From a virus (lineage: Duplodnaviria > Caudoviricetes), in the IMG/VR virus record IMGVR_UViG_3300010885_029461, positions 2,991 to 66,990 of that record: a DNA stretch of 64,000 nucleotides; one strand, given 5' to 3'. Shown here piece by piece: positions 38,426 through 48,576 of the stretch; the stretch's first letter is position 1; each line of letters starts with the position of its first letter. A program made the position numbers and the translations under genes. A model generated the notes under the pieces. That model was given only the letters and a program-made list of their open reading frames with translations. It was not told where the DNA came from and did not search any database.

Positions 38426-39468
38426 TATTGTTTCTCCTGTTTATGCTCCGTCTTAGCATTTATCATTTTATCGTTTGTAGGATCATTGACAGTATTTGAT
38501 TTTGGAGCGGTTGATATTAACCGTCCCTTATTATCTACTACAATTGTTACAGGACTATCATTTGGTCCGCCTTGTGCAAAAGTGATATTAAATGTTTCTA
38601 ATTCATATCTACCTAAAGATAATAGACAGAAGAATTTATTTATTAAGCGTATTAGATCACCTGCTAATTCGATAATCGCCGCTAGACATCCCGGCATTGC
38701 TGATTTTCTACGTCCTGCTTGAAACACATCCATGGTAAAATTATGACCGTGAACAATAGCCCGTTCCTGACCATAATTAGGATGTAACACTGCCATGTTG
38801 TTATCTCCTTGCAAATTTCTAACAAATATAGTATTGACTAAACGATTACTAGTATCCATTCCTTGATGAATAGATGGTATCATTTTAAATGTCTGATTTT
38901 TATGAATTCTAGAATTATTATCCAAACATCCTGAATTATTCTTTTTACCCCATTTAGAAGGATCAGTTTCGGTTTCTCTGATGGTTATATATGCAAAAGA
39001 CCCTACTTCTTCACTAGTAGGTGCAAAATATGGGAAAGTGTCTTGGTGCATTGCAATATATTCATTGATTGCTGGATGCATGTTCTGAACAGTAGTTACA
39101 AACTCTCTGAGAAGTGCGGTATTCATTGTGGCACCCGTTAAGGTGTTTCCTCGTCCTACATATGAAGGAGGTAATAATGATATCGCTTTTTCCACTGCAC
39201 ACGCCGCATTCCCAATTTTATTTGATAAAACTGTTAAAATAGGAATGTTTAAAATAGATGCAATCATGGTGGTGAACCCGAATAAAGAGTTTGAACCCCC
39301 CGACCATGGTCCATGGGTTTCGGAAATCATCTGAACCGTTCGATCTAAGGGGTTCTGTGAGGTCTGCATTGCTCCGTGGAGTTCATCAAATATAGTTCCT
39401 GTCTGCTGTTGTCCCGATGGACTAGCTCTTAGACTTTGATAAAACTGTTCTGTAACGACTTCTGCCAT
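38425..39468 (-). CDS. hypothetical virion/baseplate-region protein
   Basis: ORF with TAAATA upstream; TAATG-coupled to the gp5N gene. Confidence 0.65.
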   Translation of the reverse strand: MAEVVTEQFYQSLRASPSGQQQTGTIFDELHGAMQTSQNPLDRTVQMISETHGPWSGGSNSLFGFTTMIASILNIPILTVLSNKIGNAACAVEKAISLLPPSYVGRGNTLTGATMNTALLREFVTTVQNMHPAINEYIAMHQDTFPYFAPTSEEVGSFAYITIRETETDPSKWGKKNNSGCLDNNSRIHKNQTFKMIPSIHQGMDTSNRLVNTIFVRNLQGDNNMAVLHPNYGQERAIVHGHNFTMDVFQAGRRKSAMPGCLAAIIELAGDLIRLINKFFCLLSLGRYELETFNITFAQGGPNDSPVTIVVDNKGRLISTAPKSNTVNDPTNDKMINAKTEHKQEKQ

Positions 39469-39508
39469 TTAAATATTTATCTGTTATTTTACTGATAAAA
39501 TACTAATA

Positions 39509-41107
39509 TTAAGCTAAAGGTTCTGGTTGTGACTGAGTTGTTGCAGGTTTACCTATAATATTAACATCACCTTTTGGAAGGGGAATATCTTCTCTATAAA
39601 CATGAGTTTTTACCGCAACCAATTCGGTATAATACCCCCGTTGAGTGTTGGAAAAATAATGTTTAACCCCTGTGACAAAATACTGACCTTCTAATTTATG
39701 GTCATATTCTTTATCGTTTAAGCTTTGTTTGGATAAACCAAAAAATCTACCCGGTTGCCGATGAGTTAATCCTCTGGTAGAGAAAGATATAGATAAATTT
39801 GAAAACAAGAAATACTTTAATATTTTGTTTCTACCCGTTGCATATCGACCTTTTTCATTAGGTCTGGTGGAGTATTCTACTATACTGTTTTCTCCATTTT
39901 CTATATAAGGAGTTACAGGTAATCTATCATTTGATATACTGGATGACACCATTATATTAGGCTTGATGCGTTCATTGAAAAATTTTTGCCATTCGGTAGC
40001 CGAATGCAATTTTGATTCAATATTCCATTGTCTATCCGATGAATTATATGACACTATTCTACGATTTGCTAAATTCCTTGCATAATCTTTACCAGATAAA
40101 TCTGTTAGTTGATAACTTCTAACAAGGTTATATTCATCGCCTTTTATTTCGGTGGATTGACTACTAGATAGGGGAGCCTTTTTGATAAGGGGAGCCTTCT
40201 CTGTTTCCGTTTGTTCTTTAATAAAGAAATGCTCTAATTGATAACGTCCCGGTTCTTTTTTACCAGCTTCTTTGAAATATTGTTCAATTGTTTTAAGGGT
40301 AAATTGACGCATCTTACCTTTTTTAGTAGGACGTTCCAATTTTAAAATACATGGCTGGCTTCCTTCACTTTCTGATGCAACATGATTGTTATATATAGCA
40401 TATACATCATCAATAAACTTATTTCCAATAGGAGAAGTGTAGAATAATAAATTAGACATGTCTCCGATGTTCCACGATGCAGAATCTGGCATAGATTCTA
40501 CATGTTGTTTAAAATATGGATCATTTTCAAACAATGCCTTCAATGCTAGACCAGTTGCAAGGCTTCTTGCATCATCATTAGCTTGATCTTGTCCTTGTTT
40601 ATTAGCATTTTCACCAGCTATTGCCGTAGAGAATTCTGAATCTTTTTCAGACATCATCTGATATGATTTTTCCCAAAAAAATAATTTCTTCTTTTTTTGT
40701 GACACATCACCATTTGATAAATCTTGTGTATCATATACCACTAATTCTAACTCGATTAACCATCTATCGTCATCGAATGTAACTTTTTGAGAAGATAGTT
40801 GGCTATCGTCTTTAGGTTTTATAGAAATATATAAAGTATCACGCCCATCATTTCGAAATTTATATTCAAGATTTAATAATCCACCTTGAGTATCATTAGC
40901 TTCCTTTGTAGAACGTTCTAGTATGTTATATGGGGTATTGATAGTTATGTTACCACGAACAAATAAATTAAATATGTCTTCTTCTAAGTATAAATCGTCC
41001 CATGCAGTATTAGTTAAGTAGACATCGTTTACCCCATTATATAAACGGATAGTGCAATCATAATCTTGTTGATTAAATGAATAAGTGTTGGGGTTGATAT
41101 TTGACAT
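39509..41107 (-). CDS. baseplate hub protein (gp27/late-control-D-like)
   Basis: N-terminal LEEDIF..FVRGNITI and C-terminal RGLTHRQPGRF...LEGQYFVTGVKHYF. Confidence 0.6.
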   Translation of the reverse strand: MSNINPNTYSFNQQDYDCTIRLYNGVNDVYLTNTAWDDLYLEEDIFNLFVRGNITINTPYNILERSTKEANDTQGGLLNLEYKFRNDGRDTLYISIKPKDDSQLSSQKVTFDDDRWLIELELVVYDTQDLSNGDVSQKKKKLFFWEKSYQMMSEKDSEFSTAIAGENANKQGQDQANDDARSLATGLALKALFENDPYFKQHVESMPDSASWNIGDMSNLLFYTSPIGNKFIDDVYAIYNNHVASESEGSQPCILKLERPTKKGKMRQFTLKTIEQYFKEAGKKEPGRYQLEHFFIKEQTETEKAPLIKKAPLSSSQSTEIKGDEYNLVRSYQLTDLSGKDYARNLANRRIVSYNSSDRQWNIESKLHSATEWQKFFNERIKPNIMVSSSISNDRLPVTPYIENGENSIVEYSTRPNEKGRYATGRNKILKYFLFSNLSISFSTRGLTHRQPGRFFGLSKQSLNDKEYDHKLEGQYFVTGVKHYFSNTQRGYYTELVAVKTHVYREDIPLPKGDVNIIGKPATTQSQPEPLA

Positions 41108-41108
41108 T

Positions 41109-41432
41109 TTAATTATTTATATTTGATAAAATTTCAGATATAACTTGCTTTTTAAATATCTTAATCTTGTCTCCTGTCTTAATATCGGTAAATGGATTTA
41201 TTATGTTATTTGCAATTAAAATGGTCCACCATAGTCTGGTTGTTCCATAAAATTGTTGTGACAACTCGTACCATGAGATATTTTCGTTATAAAATATCTC
41301 GTCATATAAAACAGAATCAATATCACCTTGAATAACAAGATTATTGAGCAAATCATAATACGAATAACCATCTGCATCTGTAAAAACAGAAAAGATATTC
41401 GCATAGTCGTAAAGATTTAATTGTGTTGCCAT
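41109..41432 (-). CDS. baseplate wedge protein (gp53/LysM-like)
   Basis: ELSQQFYGTTRLWWTILIANNIINPF...GDKIKI. Confidence 0.8.
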   Translation of the reverse strand: MATQLNLYDYANIFSVFTDADGYSYYDLLNNLVIQGDIDSVLYDEIFYNENISWYELSQQFYGTTRLWWTILIANNIINPFTDIKTGDKIKIFKKQVISEILSNINN

Positions 41433-41433
41433 A

Positions 41434-42486
41434 TTATGATAAGTTTGGGTTTACACCTGTACGTTCGTTTACACCGGGAGTCGGTTGAAATGCATCAGGG
41501 TTTCTAGAAGGTCCAAGAGCATTAAAAATAGCAGTTTGTAAATCTCGTACATCTGCGATGGCTTCTACTTTAGAACCTTTATCCATTGCGCTCATGATAT
41601 TTCGGGTTGGAAGAATAAGGGATTTAAATGTCATATTGAATTCGTATGCTTCTGGTATAATACGGGAAATGCCTTGATTTTTAATTACACGCGTGTTTCC
41701 AATGTTTGTTATAGTTAACGAATCCATATAACATGCGGGAAAATTTACTACATCTTTTATAAACAATGAGTAGATGACTACTGGATCATTTAATGCGAAA
41801 TTACGACGACTTGGAGAATTTTGATAAGTTAATATATATGCAAGATTTCTATTACTGTCTATATCATCTAACGATACCGTGTTAAATAAATGAAATTTTA
41901 CTGATATAGAATTTTCTGAAGTTGATGACCATTTTTGAGGTAATTCGAAGCTAACATTACCGGGAAAATAGGTATTTGCGGCTGCTATACCTAAATTCGC
42001 CACAGTAGCCAATTGGCCCAGCATAGAAACTTCTTTAGAAAAAAGGTTTGTTGATTGCTTTCCAAATCCAAGCATAGTTTTTCCTAACTCAATAGTTGAG
42101 TGGAAAGGGCTTTTACCATCTTCGCCTGAAAAATTAGTAGTTCTATTATGTTTACTGGTGGAAAAATAAGGAAATCTATACGTGAATCCAGTGGGTTGTG
42201 CCAGATATTTATATTTGTAAACTTCTGAAGGATCGGTGGGGGCAAAAGCGGCGTCTAACCCATTATCAATCGCATTAGCAGCAATACGAGAATAATAAAG
42301 TAAAGATGCCCCCAATTGTCCTGTAGTTTGTTGATATTCAACTAATTCCACATACGGGACATCTACTCTGGCGTTTTTGGGGGATAATGTCCATGAAAAA
42401 TTATCGACTACGTTCACCAATCCTGTTCCCCCATCGGGCTGTAGGAAACGGCTATCACTATCAGATGGTTTATATTTCAAAGGCAT
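41434..42486 (-). CDS. baseplate/tail-tube initiator-like protein (gp48/gp54-like)
   Basis: ISVKFHLFNT, PVVIYSL..FPACYMDSLTI, IPEAYEFNMTF; lies between the tape measure and gp53-like genes. Confidence 0.5.
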   Translation of the reverse strand: MPLKYKPSDSDSRFLQPDGGTGLVNVVDNFSWTLSPKNARVDVPYVELVEYQQTTGQLGASLLYYSRIAANAIDNGLDAAFAPTDPSEVYKYKYLAQPTGFTYRFPYFSTSKHNRTTNFSGEDGKSPFHSTIELGKTMLGFGKQSTNLFSKEVSMLGQLATVANLGIAAANTYFPGNVSFELPQKWSSTSENSISVKFHLFNTVSLDDIDSNRNLAYILTYQNSPSRRNFALNDPVVIYSLFIKDVVNFPACYMDSLTITNIGNTRVIKNQGISRIIPEAYEFNMTFKSLILPTRNIMSAMDKGSKVEAIADVRDLQTAIFNALGPSRNPDAFQPTPGVNERTGVNPNLS

Positions 42487-42506
42487 AGTAATTATTTATT
42501 ATGTTA

Positions 42507-44606
42507 TTAGCGAATGGCACTATTAACTTGATTTCTCATAGAATGGATAGGATCATGTGAAGAACTGAATCCCCCCTGCGAACTTCCTCCTTTATTAGAA
42601 GTAGCCGCAACAGTTTTAACAATTGCCCCACTACCCTCGATAGTTGCATGAACATTGGCGGTCATAATCTCAATCAAAGCATCCAATTTATCTTTCATTA
42701 TGTTATTCATTTGTTTCATTGCAAGATCAAACGGCCCACCCGTTTTAGCCATCAGAATTTGATCTTTAGAATGGGGTTGAATCACGGTGGCATCCTTAAC
42801 AGATGTGGTTTTTATATTTTTAATGTCAGTTCGTGGTTCTTTGAAATTAACCCCATCCATTTTTGCAGTATTTACTTTTACAGGATCATCAAAAAAAGAA
42901 GTGGCGGAATCATATAATGATTTCGACCATGAAGAGATTTTATCTGCTAAATTAGTAGGGTTATACCATGATTTAACATTGCTGGTTATTTTAGAAGGCG
43001 TTTCATCCTGACTTGGGGAACTTAACCATGAAATAAAACTAAATGTAGATGATAATCCCGGTATATACATCATAGATGATAATACTGTTAATATATCACT
43101 TATTCCACCCATTGGATCACTGAATGATTTATCAATAGCCTTTCCAATCTTAATCAGACTGCCAATTATAGGTAAATCTTCTAAATTTTTACCTATCTTT
43201 TCTTCTATCCAACTTCGCATAGACCCAAAAACGCTAGAAATACCACCCCCTAATATGGACAGTTTCCCTTCATTTGGATTAGAATCTTGTTTATAATCTA
43301 AAAACATATTAAGTGCATCAATACCTAGTCCAACAGCAGTACCCCAACCGGGGACTAAATATGCCAATCCTGCGGCAAACTCCAACAATCCACCAAAGTA
43401 GTCCCCTTTCATCATTCTCTGCACCCCAAACCCCCATGAAATAAGAGTACCTATACCGGGAATCCACTTTACAACTTTAAGTAATTTTGGAACCACTTTT
43501 GCTACAAAACTGGTTAGTTTTCCAATGATACCGCTTACAGGTTTTGCTCCTGATGAAGGCGTAGCAAATTGCATAAATGAATCAAATATTTTTCCCCAAT
43601 TTTTTAAATCGAAAATTTTAAAGGTTAATTTATTCACCCACTTAATCGCCATATACAAAACACCTTTTGCAACGGTAGTAGCCTCTTCCACTAGCCCATT
43701 AAACACTGGCACTATTATTTTATTAAAGGCGGTTTTGATGATCCACCATGCACCTTTAAATGTGGCAACAATACCAGATTGTAATTTATCTATTATACTT
43801 TTATTAGATAGAAATTCCCCAATAGAGGTGAATAGAGAAGATATTAATTCTTTAATTCTGTTTTTAAGTATCTTACCCCCTTCAGATTCGTCCATTTTTT
43901 CACTCAACCAGTTCACCCCTAATAATGCTGCCCCTATACCGAGTATGGATGCCAACCATCCACCCCCCGAAGGTGTCTCGCCAGATACATTATTGTTGAC
44001 AACCGCAGTGTTAACTTGTGTGGGCCTAATAGTAGCGTTGTTTATAGGCGAATTAGAAGAAGTTGGTAATATTTTCTCTTTATTAGTAAATGATGACAGG
44101 GCAGTTAATGCACTTATACTGAACCCTGTAACAACCACAGGTAACATATTCATTGGACTTCCGGGCCATTTCCATTTGGTACCGAATAGTGCCACTTTCA
44201 ATAACCCATCAGAGGTTAATTTATATGGAGTGTTACTAGCCCCTTTACCACTAGGAGTATTGATATGTGACATTGCTTTAATATAAGAATCCATTAAATC
44301 TAAACTAGTCATAGTTTTTTTGATTTTTATATTAAATGACTTCAATGTTCTATTGAGCCAATTTGTCTCTTTTCTAAAAACTGCTAAAGGTGATGCAGCA
44401 CCCACATGCAATGATCTAACATCTAACCGAAGATCGTCAAAAATTTCATGTATATAACTTAGTGGTCCGGTTTTAGCATTCAGTGGTGCATCTTTATCAT
44501 CGAAAAGTTCACTCACTCTAGTCGCTAGATATCCCATACCTTTACCTTTCGATGCCATATATGCATCAATCGCGGTTAATAAGTCATTGGGAGTTGTTGT
44601 TGCCAT
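42507..44606 (-). CDS. tail tape measure-like protein
   Basis: Amphipathic G/A/S-rich repeats (WIPGIGTLISWGFG..KGDYFGGLLE..LVPGWGTAVGLGID); baseplate context. Confidence 0.6.
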   Translation of the reverse strand: MATTTPNDLLTAIDAYMASKGKGMGYLATRVSELFDDKDAPLNAKTGPLSYIHEIFDDLRLDVRSLHVGAASPLAVFRKETNWLNRTLKSFNIKIKKTMTSLDLMDSYIKAMSHINTPSGKGASNTPYKLTSDGLLKVALFGTKWKWPGSPMNMLPVVVTGFSISALTALSSFTNKEKILPTSSNSPINNATIRPTQVNTAVVNNNVSGETPSGGGWLASILGIGAALLGVNWLSEKMDESEGGKILKNRIKELISSLFTSIGEFLSNKSIIDKLQSGIVATFKGAWWIIKTAFNKIIVPVFNGLVEEATTVAKGVLYMAIKWVNKLTFKIFDLKNWGKIFDSFMQFATPSSGAKPVSGIIGKLTSFVAKVVPKLLKVVKWIPGIGTLISWGFGVQRMMKGDYFGGLLEFAAGLAYLVPGWGTAVGLGIDALNMFLDYKQDSNPNEGKLSILGGGISSVFGSMRSWIEEKIGKNLEDLPIIGSLIKIGKAIDKSFSDPMGGISDILTVLSSMMYIPGLSSTFSFISWLSSPSQDETPSKITSNVKSWYNPTNLADKISSWSKSLYDSATSFFDDPVKVNTAKMDGVNFKEPRTDIKNIKTTSVKDATVIQPHSKDQILMAKTGGPFDLAMKQMNNIMKDKLDALIEIMTANVHATIEGSGAIVKTVAATSNKGGSSQGGFSSSHDPIHSMRNQVNSAIR

Positions 44607-44635
44607 TAATTCTATTTATTTCATATATAAAGTAT

Positions 44636-45097
44636 ATGTCCTCAATTTTAATTTATGAACAAGCCCTATATTCTGATAAATTCCGTAATGATGTAGAATG
44701 TGGCAAATATTCTGACACCCAATTAACGAAAATGGTGGAGAATAATGAATTAAATGCCTTCCAGTTGAAGGTTGTACAGGAATTAGCGCCTAATGTTCAG
44801 GCACAACCTGCACAGCAAGCCCAACAACAGCAACAGCCCGCTCAACAAACCCAAAGTGGATATAAGCCAAATGTTTCAGTTGCTAAAAATGCAGGTTCGC
44901 AAGCATGGAAATCAATCGTAGGTAATATTAAGTCCACCCAACTTTTGAAACAGTTAAAAAACTTACAAACTGCCAATCCAAATGACAAATATGTAGTGGA
45001 TGTGACTAATTACATCATTCAAGCATTTACTCAGTTAAACGGACATTTAAATCCGACATCTGTTAGACAGGCTGCTCCACAGAATCCTACTCTATAA
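44636..45097 (+). CDS. Q-rich hypothetical protein (start likely ATG 44636)
   Basis: Opposite strand to its neighbours; QAQPAQQAQQQQQPAQQ linker. Confidence 0.65.
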   Translation: MSSILIYEQALYSDKFRNDVECGKYSDTQLTKMVENNELNAFQLKVVQELAPNVQAQPAQQAQQQQQPAQQTQSGYKPNVSVAKNAGSQAWKSIVGNIKSTQLLKQLKNLQTANPNDKYVVDVTNYIIQAFTQLNGHLNPTSVRQAAPQNPTL

Positions 45098-45920
45098 AGA
45101 ATGCAGCATCTATTTTGATGGTTCCTGTATAAGAAACTCCGTCAATAATCTTTGTTACCTTAGTAGCATTCTGCATATCTTTACCAAAGGCATCATCCAC
45201 TTTCTTTATAATATCTAGAAGTGCCTTAGAGGATAAATGTTCCACAATTGCTATACGCTCATTTACATTACGAACTGCTAGATCGACTAAGGTATCATTT
45301 ATAGTTAGAGTTTTGACAAATGGTGCAATATGACTTAAGAACATCGGAGCAATCAGAGTTTTTAACTGTTGATTATTGGTTCCGTCAATTTTAGAAATCT
45401 TTTCTTGGTATAAATTATTCTCAAAGACAAATTCTTCTTTGATTGATGGAATATTTAATGTATAATTATATACCATTGTGTCTTCGTTCTTTGTTCCATC
45501 TGTTATGGTTTCAAAACTAGGCGAATTCTTTTTAAGTTTTTCAATATGCTTACTGAGTGAAATAGATTTTTCAATTTTCTGTTCGCCATCAGCAGATACG
45601 AAAGTGATTTTATATTCATCTTGTATATTTTTAGAGCGCAACTGCAACAAAATCAATATTTTATCATATAAATTCAAAGTGTTCAAGTCTATAGTTGAAC
45701 CTAACACATCCGCTAACACATTATACATGACTAATATGAATTGATTTTCGGCAAACGGTCCCTCAACAGTAGTTTTTACTATATTTTTTGTGTGGTTTGC
45801 ATTTAATGTCTTAGATACTATCTCTTTTTTCAAAGAAGGAACAAAAATATTAGACTCTAACGTCTTATTAGCGGACTCTAATAGATTTAGAATGTCATTA
45901 AACTGTGAAATCTCTTGCAT
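45087..45920 (-). CDS. baseplate hub assembly protein (gp26-like)
   Basis: IFVPSLKK, LNLYDKILILLQLRSKNI. Confidence 0.6.
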   Translation of the reverse strand: MQEISQFNDILNLLESANKTLESNIFVPSLKKEIVSKTLNANHTKNIVKTTVEGPFAENQFILVMYNVLADVLGSTIDLNTLNLYDKILILLQLRSKNIQDEYKITFVSADGEQKIEKSISLSKHIEKLKKNSPSFETITDGTKNEDTMVYNYTLNIPSIKEEFVFENNLYQEKISKIDGTNNQQLKTLIAPMFLSHIAPFVKTLTINDTLVDLAVRNVNERIAIVEHLSSKALLDIIKKVDDAFGKDMQNATKVTKIIDGVSYTGTIKIDAAFFIE

Positions 45921-45946
45921 ATAGCTAATATTTAACTCTTTAAAAA

Positions 45947-46921
45947 TTAAAATCCAGCAAATTCCGAGGGAGATTTATCAGCGTCTGCGAAAAGATCAAT
46001 AGAATTACTTGGTACTTCTGATTTTTCCGATTTTTTATACGTTGATTTAGCAAAATTGACTAACATTTGTGTTTCTTTCGGCGTTATTTTGTCTAAAAAA
46101 GAACTATCCATATGTGATATTGATGTAATATTGAAATAATCACTTAATAATCCGTCTAAAGTGTTATCTTTGAAAAACATTTTCAGAAGATATATCATAT
46201 TATCTGATCCCATTTTTATTTCAAATTTAGTACCACACTCTTTACAGTTCAAATCTAGAAATACAATTTGATTGAATAATGCATATAGTGGTTCTGCAAA
46301 GATATCGCGGATGTTTAAGATAAGTGATATCGGAATCTTTTCAAGTATAGTTGTTTTTTCAGGAATGGATAATTTATCCACATCAATAACAACAGAATCA
46401 CTAATAATATATCGGATATACCCGAACAAATATTTTTCAATATTTTTATCAGTGGTGTCATTTGATAAATTATTATTTTGATGGTATAATAAATTTTCAT
46501 ACTCCTGTTCTATAGTAGGAATGTCACATATAATCTGTAAGGGATAATTATCCACGGCTATCACAGTTTTGAACGATTTATCAATAGTTAATCCTAAATT
46601 ATCAAGTAAAGTATTTAGGTCTATGCGTATTCGAACTTCCTTTTCACATTTTTCACATTCCTTAACCAAATCCAGCAAAGAATTATAACTTAATATTTTA
46701 AAAAACAATACAATAACAAATCTATCAAGTATTGTGAATTTTTTATAATCAAAAGACTCTACCATGTTACATTCTATGATAGTGTTTAAATTATAAAGAA
46801 AATCTAGATGAGTGTCATCATCGACATTTTTCAAAATTATACGATACTGTTCATTTGTTAATTCGTTAAATCGAATATTTCTTTGTAATGATGGTATCCA
46901 AATTAAATATGTGTTCCGCAT
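45947..46921 (-). CDS. second gp26-like baseplate hub protein with two CxxC pairs and a gp51-like tail
   Basis: IWIPSLQR, FTILDRFVIVL, CEKC, CKEC, FLDKITPKETQML. Confidence 0.55.
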   Translation of the reverse strand: MRNTYLIWIPSLQRNIRFNELTNEQYRIILKNVDDDTHLDFLYNLNTIIECNMVESFDYKKFTILDRFVIVLFFKILSYNSLLDLVKECEKCEKEVRIRIDLNTLLDNLGLTIDKSFKTVIAVDNYPLQIICDIPTIEQEYENLLYHQNNNLSNDTTDKNIEKYLFGYIRYIISDSVVIDVDKLSIPEKTTILEKIPISLILNIRDIFAEPLYALFNQIVFLDLNCKECGTKFEIKMGSDNMIYLLKMFFKDNTLDGLLSDYFNITSISHMDSSFLDKITPKETQMLVNFAKSTYKKSEKSEVPSNSIDLFADADKSPSEFAGF

Positions 46922-46938
46922 TATGTTGATATATTTAG

Positions 46939-47691
46939 TTACGGATTATATCCCATGTCGGATACCGAATAACTATTATATACAAATCCTGCTTGGCGTT
47001 TAGGATAGTCTGTAGAACTTTCGTAACTTTTTTGTTCAGGAGAAATATTGATAGGCGCACAATCTTTAAAATGCCACACTTTTCTTATTACAGTAGGTGA
47101 ACACTCGCCATGTTTAGCCAGTTCATACACATCAATGTCCGCCTTTATACTTAATTGATTAGCAATCAATCCTTCATGAGCAACAACTATGCTCCAAGGG
47201 CGCAATACTCCATCGGTAAATGATCTATTAGTTTCCAGAAACCCAATATCTAAATTGTTAAAATTTGCTCGACCTGATATCACTGGAGCATTAATAAACC
47301 CTCTATTACCACCCTCTGTTATTCCTACGTGTTCGGTATTGACAGTCTCCCCCGGTAGATTAACACCTTGAGCAAATATACACCCTATAACGTCTTGAGT
47401 AGCATGTGTCCATGTAGTATCAAGGGACATACCAATATTCCAGCCAGCAGGCTCTAAAGAAGGTAAACGCTGTTTTATTTTATTGAATAGATGATTTTTG
47501 TTTTTAGCAGTAATCACTAATACCCATTGAAAGTTTAATGGAATATTAAATGCCCAATCACACATTTTTCGATGGAAATATGGAATATGTGATTGTGTAA
47601 TATCTGGAATATTGGACATCGGACAAGTTTGAAACACTTGTGGAGTGATGTTGCCGCAATTGCTAGGTAGATATATTCCTGATATTAACAT
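46939..47691 (-). CDS. tail tube-like protein (gp19/gp54 fold)
   Basis: AQGVNLPGE, LDIGFLET, RKVWHFKDCAPINIS, GFVYNSY. Confidence 0.6.
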   Translation of the reverse strand: MLISGIYLPSNCGNITPQVFQTCPMSNIPDITQSHIPYFHRKMCDWAFNIPLNFQWVLVITAKNKNHLFNKIKQRLPSLEPAGWNIGMSLDTTWTHATQDVIGCIFAQGVNLPGETVNTEHVGITEGGNRGFINAPVISGRANFNNLDIGFLETNRSFTDGVLRPWSIVVAHEGLIANQLSIKADIDVYELAKHGECSPTVIRKVWHFKDCAPINISPEQKSYESSTDYPKRQAGFVYNSYSVSDMGYNP

Positions 47692-48158
47692 TAATCATTA
47701 TTTAATCCGCGTTTCATGTGGTTCCGTTTAACACCATCTTTGAAATAGTTCTTTTTGACTATTCTGCCAACTTTACTAACATTGTTGCTTAAATTATACT
47801 TAACCTCCATGTCTCCTTGTTTAGAGTTTACGGTGGCACCAACTTTTTTAGGATTTACCCCATCAATACGGATATGTGCGCCATGCCCTTTTGCTATAGC
47901 AATTTCTTGCGGAGTTTTCTGACTTTTGTTTTGTCCTCTTGGACCTTTCTGTGTCCAGATGTTCCCTATATATTGCTGATTGCCTAACTTGGAACGCTGG
48001 GAAGCTGTCTTAGTATTCATTGTGCGTACTTGGCGGGGTTGAGCCTTACTATATTGATTAGTATCCCAATAGCGTGATTTATGTTCTGTGCGCTTACTCT
48101 TCGAAGTAAATAATTCGGTTATAATCGCGTCACAAAAAGCATCAAAATTCTCTGTCAT
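47691..48158 (-). CDS. basic hypothetical protein, candidate internal head protein
   Basis: N-terminus MTENFDAFCDAIITE; K/R-rich; own TAAATA. Confidence 0.6.
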   Translation of the reverse strand: MTENFDAFCDAIITELFTSKSKRTEHKSRYWDTNQYSKAQPRQVRTMNTKTASQRSKLGNQQYIGNIWTQKGPRGQNKSQKTPQEIAIAKGHGAHIRIDGVNPKKVGATVNSKQGDMEVKYNLSNNVSKVGRIVKKNYFKDGVKRNHMKRGLNND

Positions 48159-48210
48159 AATATTATTATTTATTGAAAGTATGGCATTGTCATGATATAT
48201 TCATGCATAT

Positions 48211-48576
48211 ATGCAGCGAGAACTACGATTCCGAGTTTGGAGTAATGAAAAATGTTTTAAAAAAATAGAGAATACTATTCATGAACTAGATGGTTGTTAC
48301 ATAACAACAAACAGAATATCTGTTCATCCGTGCGGAACATTATATGATTCACATAGGGAAGATGTAATAATTGAACAATATACTGGCATCAGTGATATAA
48401 ATGGTGTTCCTATTTATGAAAATGATATAATCGAAGCATATTTAACTCCTGAAAATTACCCATCAGATAACCTCATCCGTGGTCCCGTTAAATTTATAAA
48501 TTTTGGCTGGTGCCTATACCGACGGACTTTATCCGATCTTGTCGATATTAAAGTTATAGGAAATATACACGAATAA
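48211..48576 (+). CDS. YopX-family protein
   Basis: RELRFRVW, EQYTGISDINGVPIYENDII, KVIGNIHE; TTGAAA-17-TATATT promoter at 48173-48201. Confidence 0.88.
   Translation: MQRELRFRVWSNEKCFKKIENTIHELDGCYITTNRISVHPCGTLYDSHREDVIIEQYTGISDINGVPIYENDIIEAYLTPENYPSDNLIRGPVKFINFGWCLYRRTLSDLVDIKVIGNIHE

Noticed and set aside
43525-44286. 253-aa plus-strand ORF
   Set aside because: It lies entirely antisense to the tape-measure-like gene and has no motif or promoter; shadow ORF.
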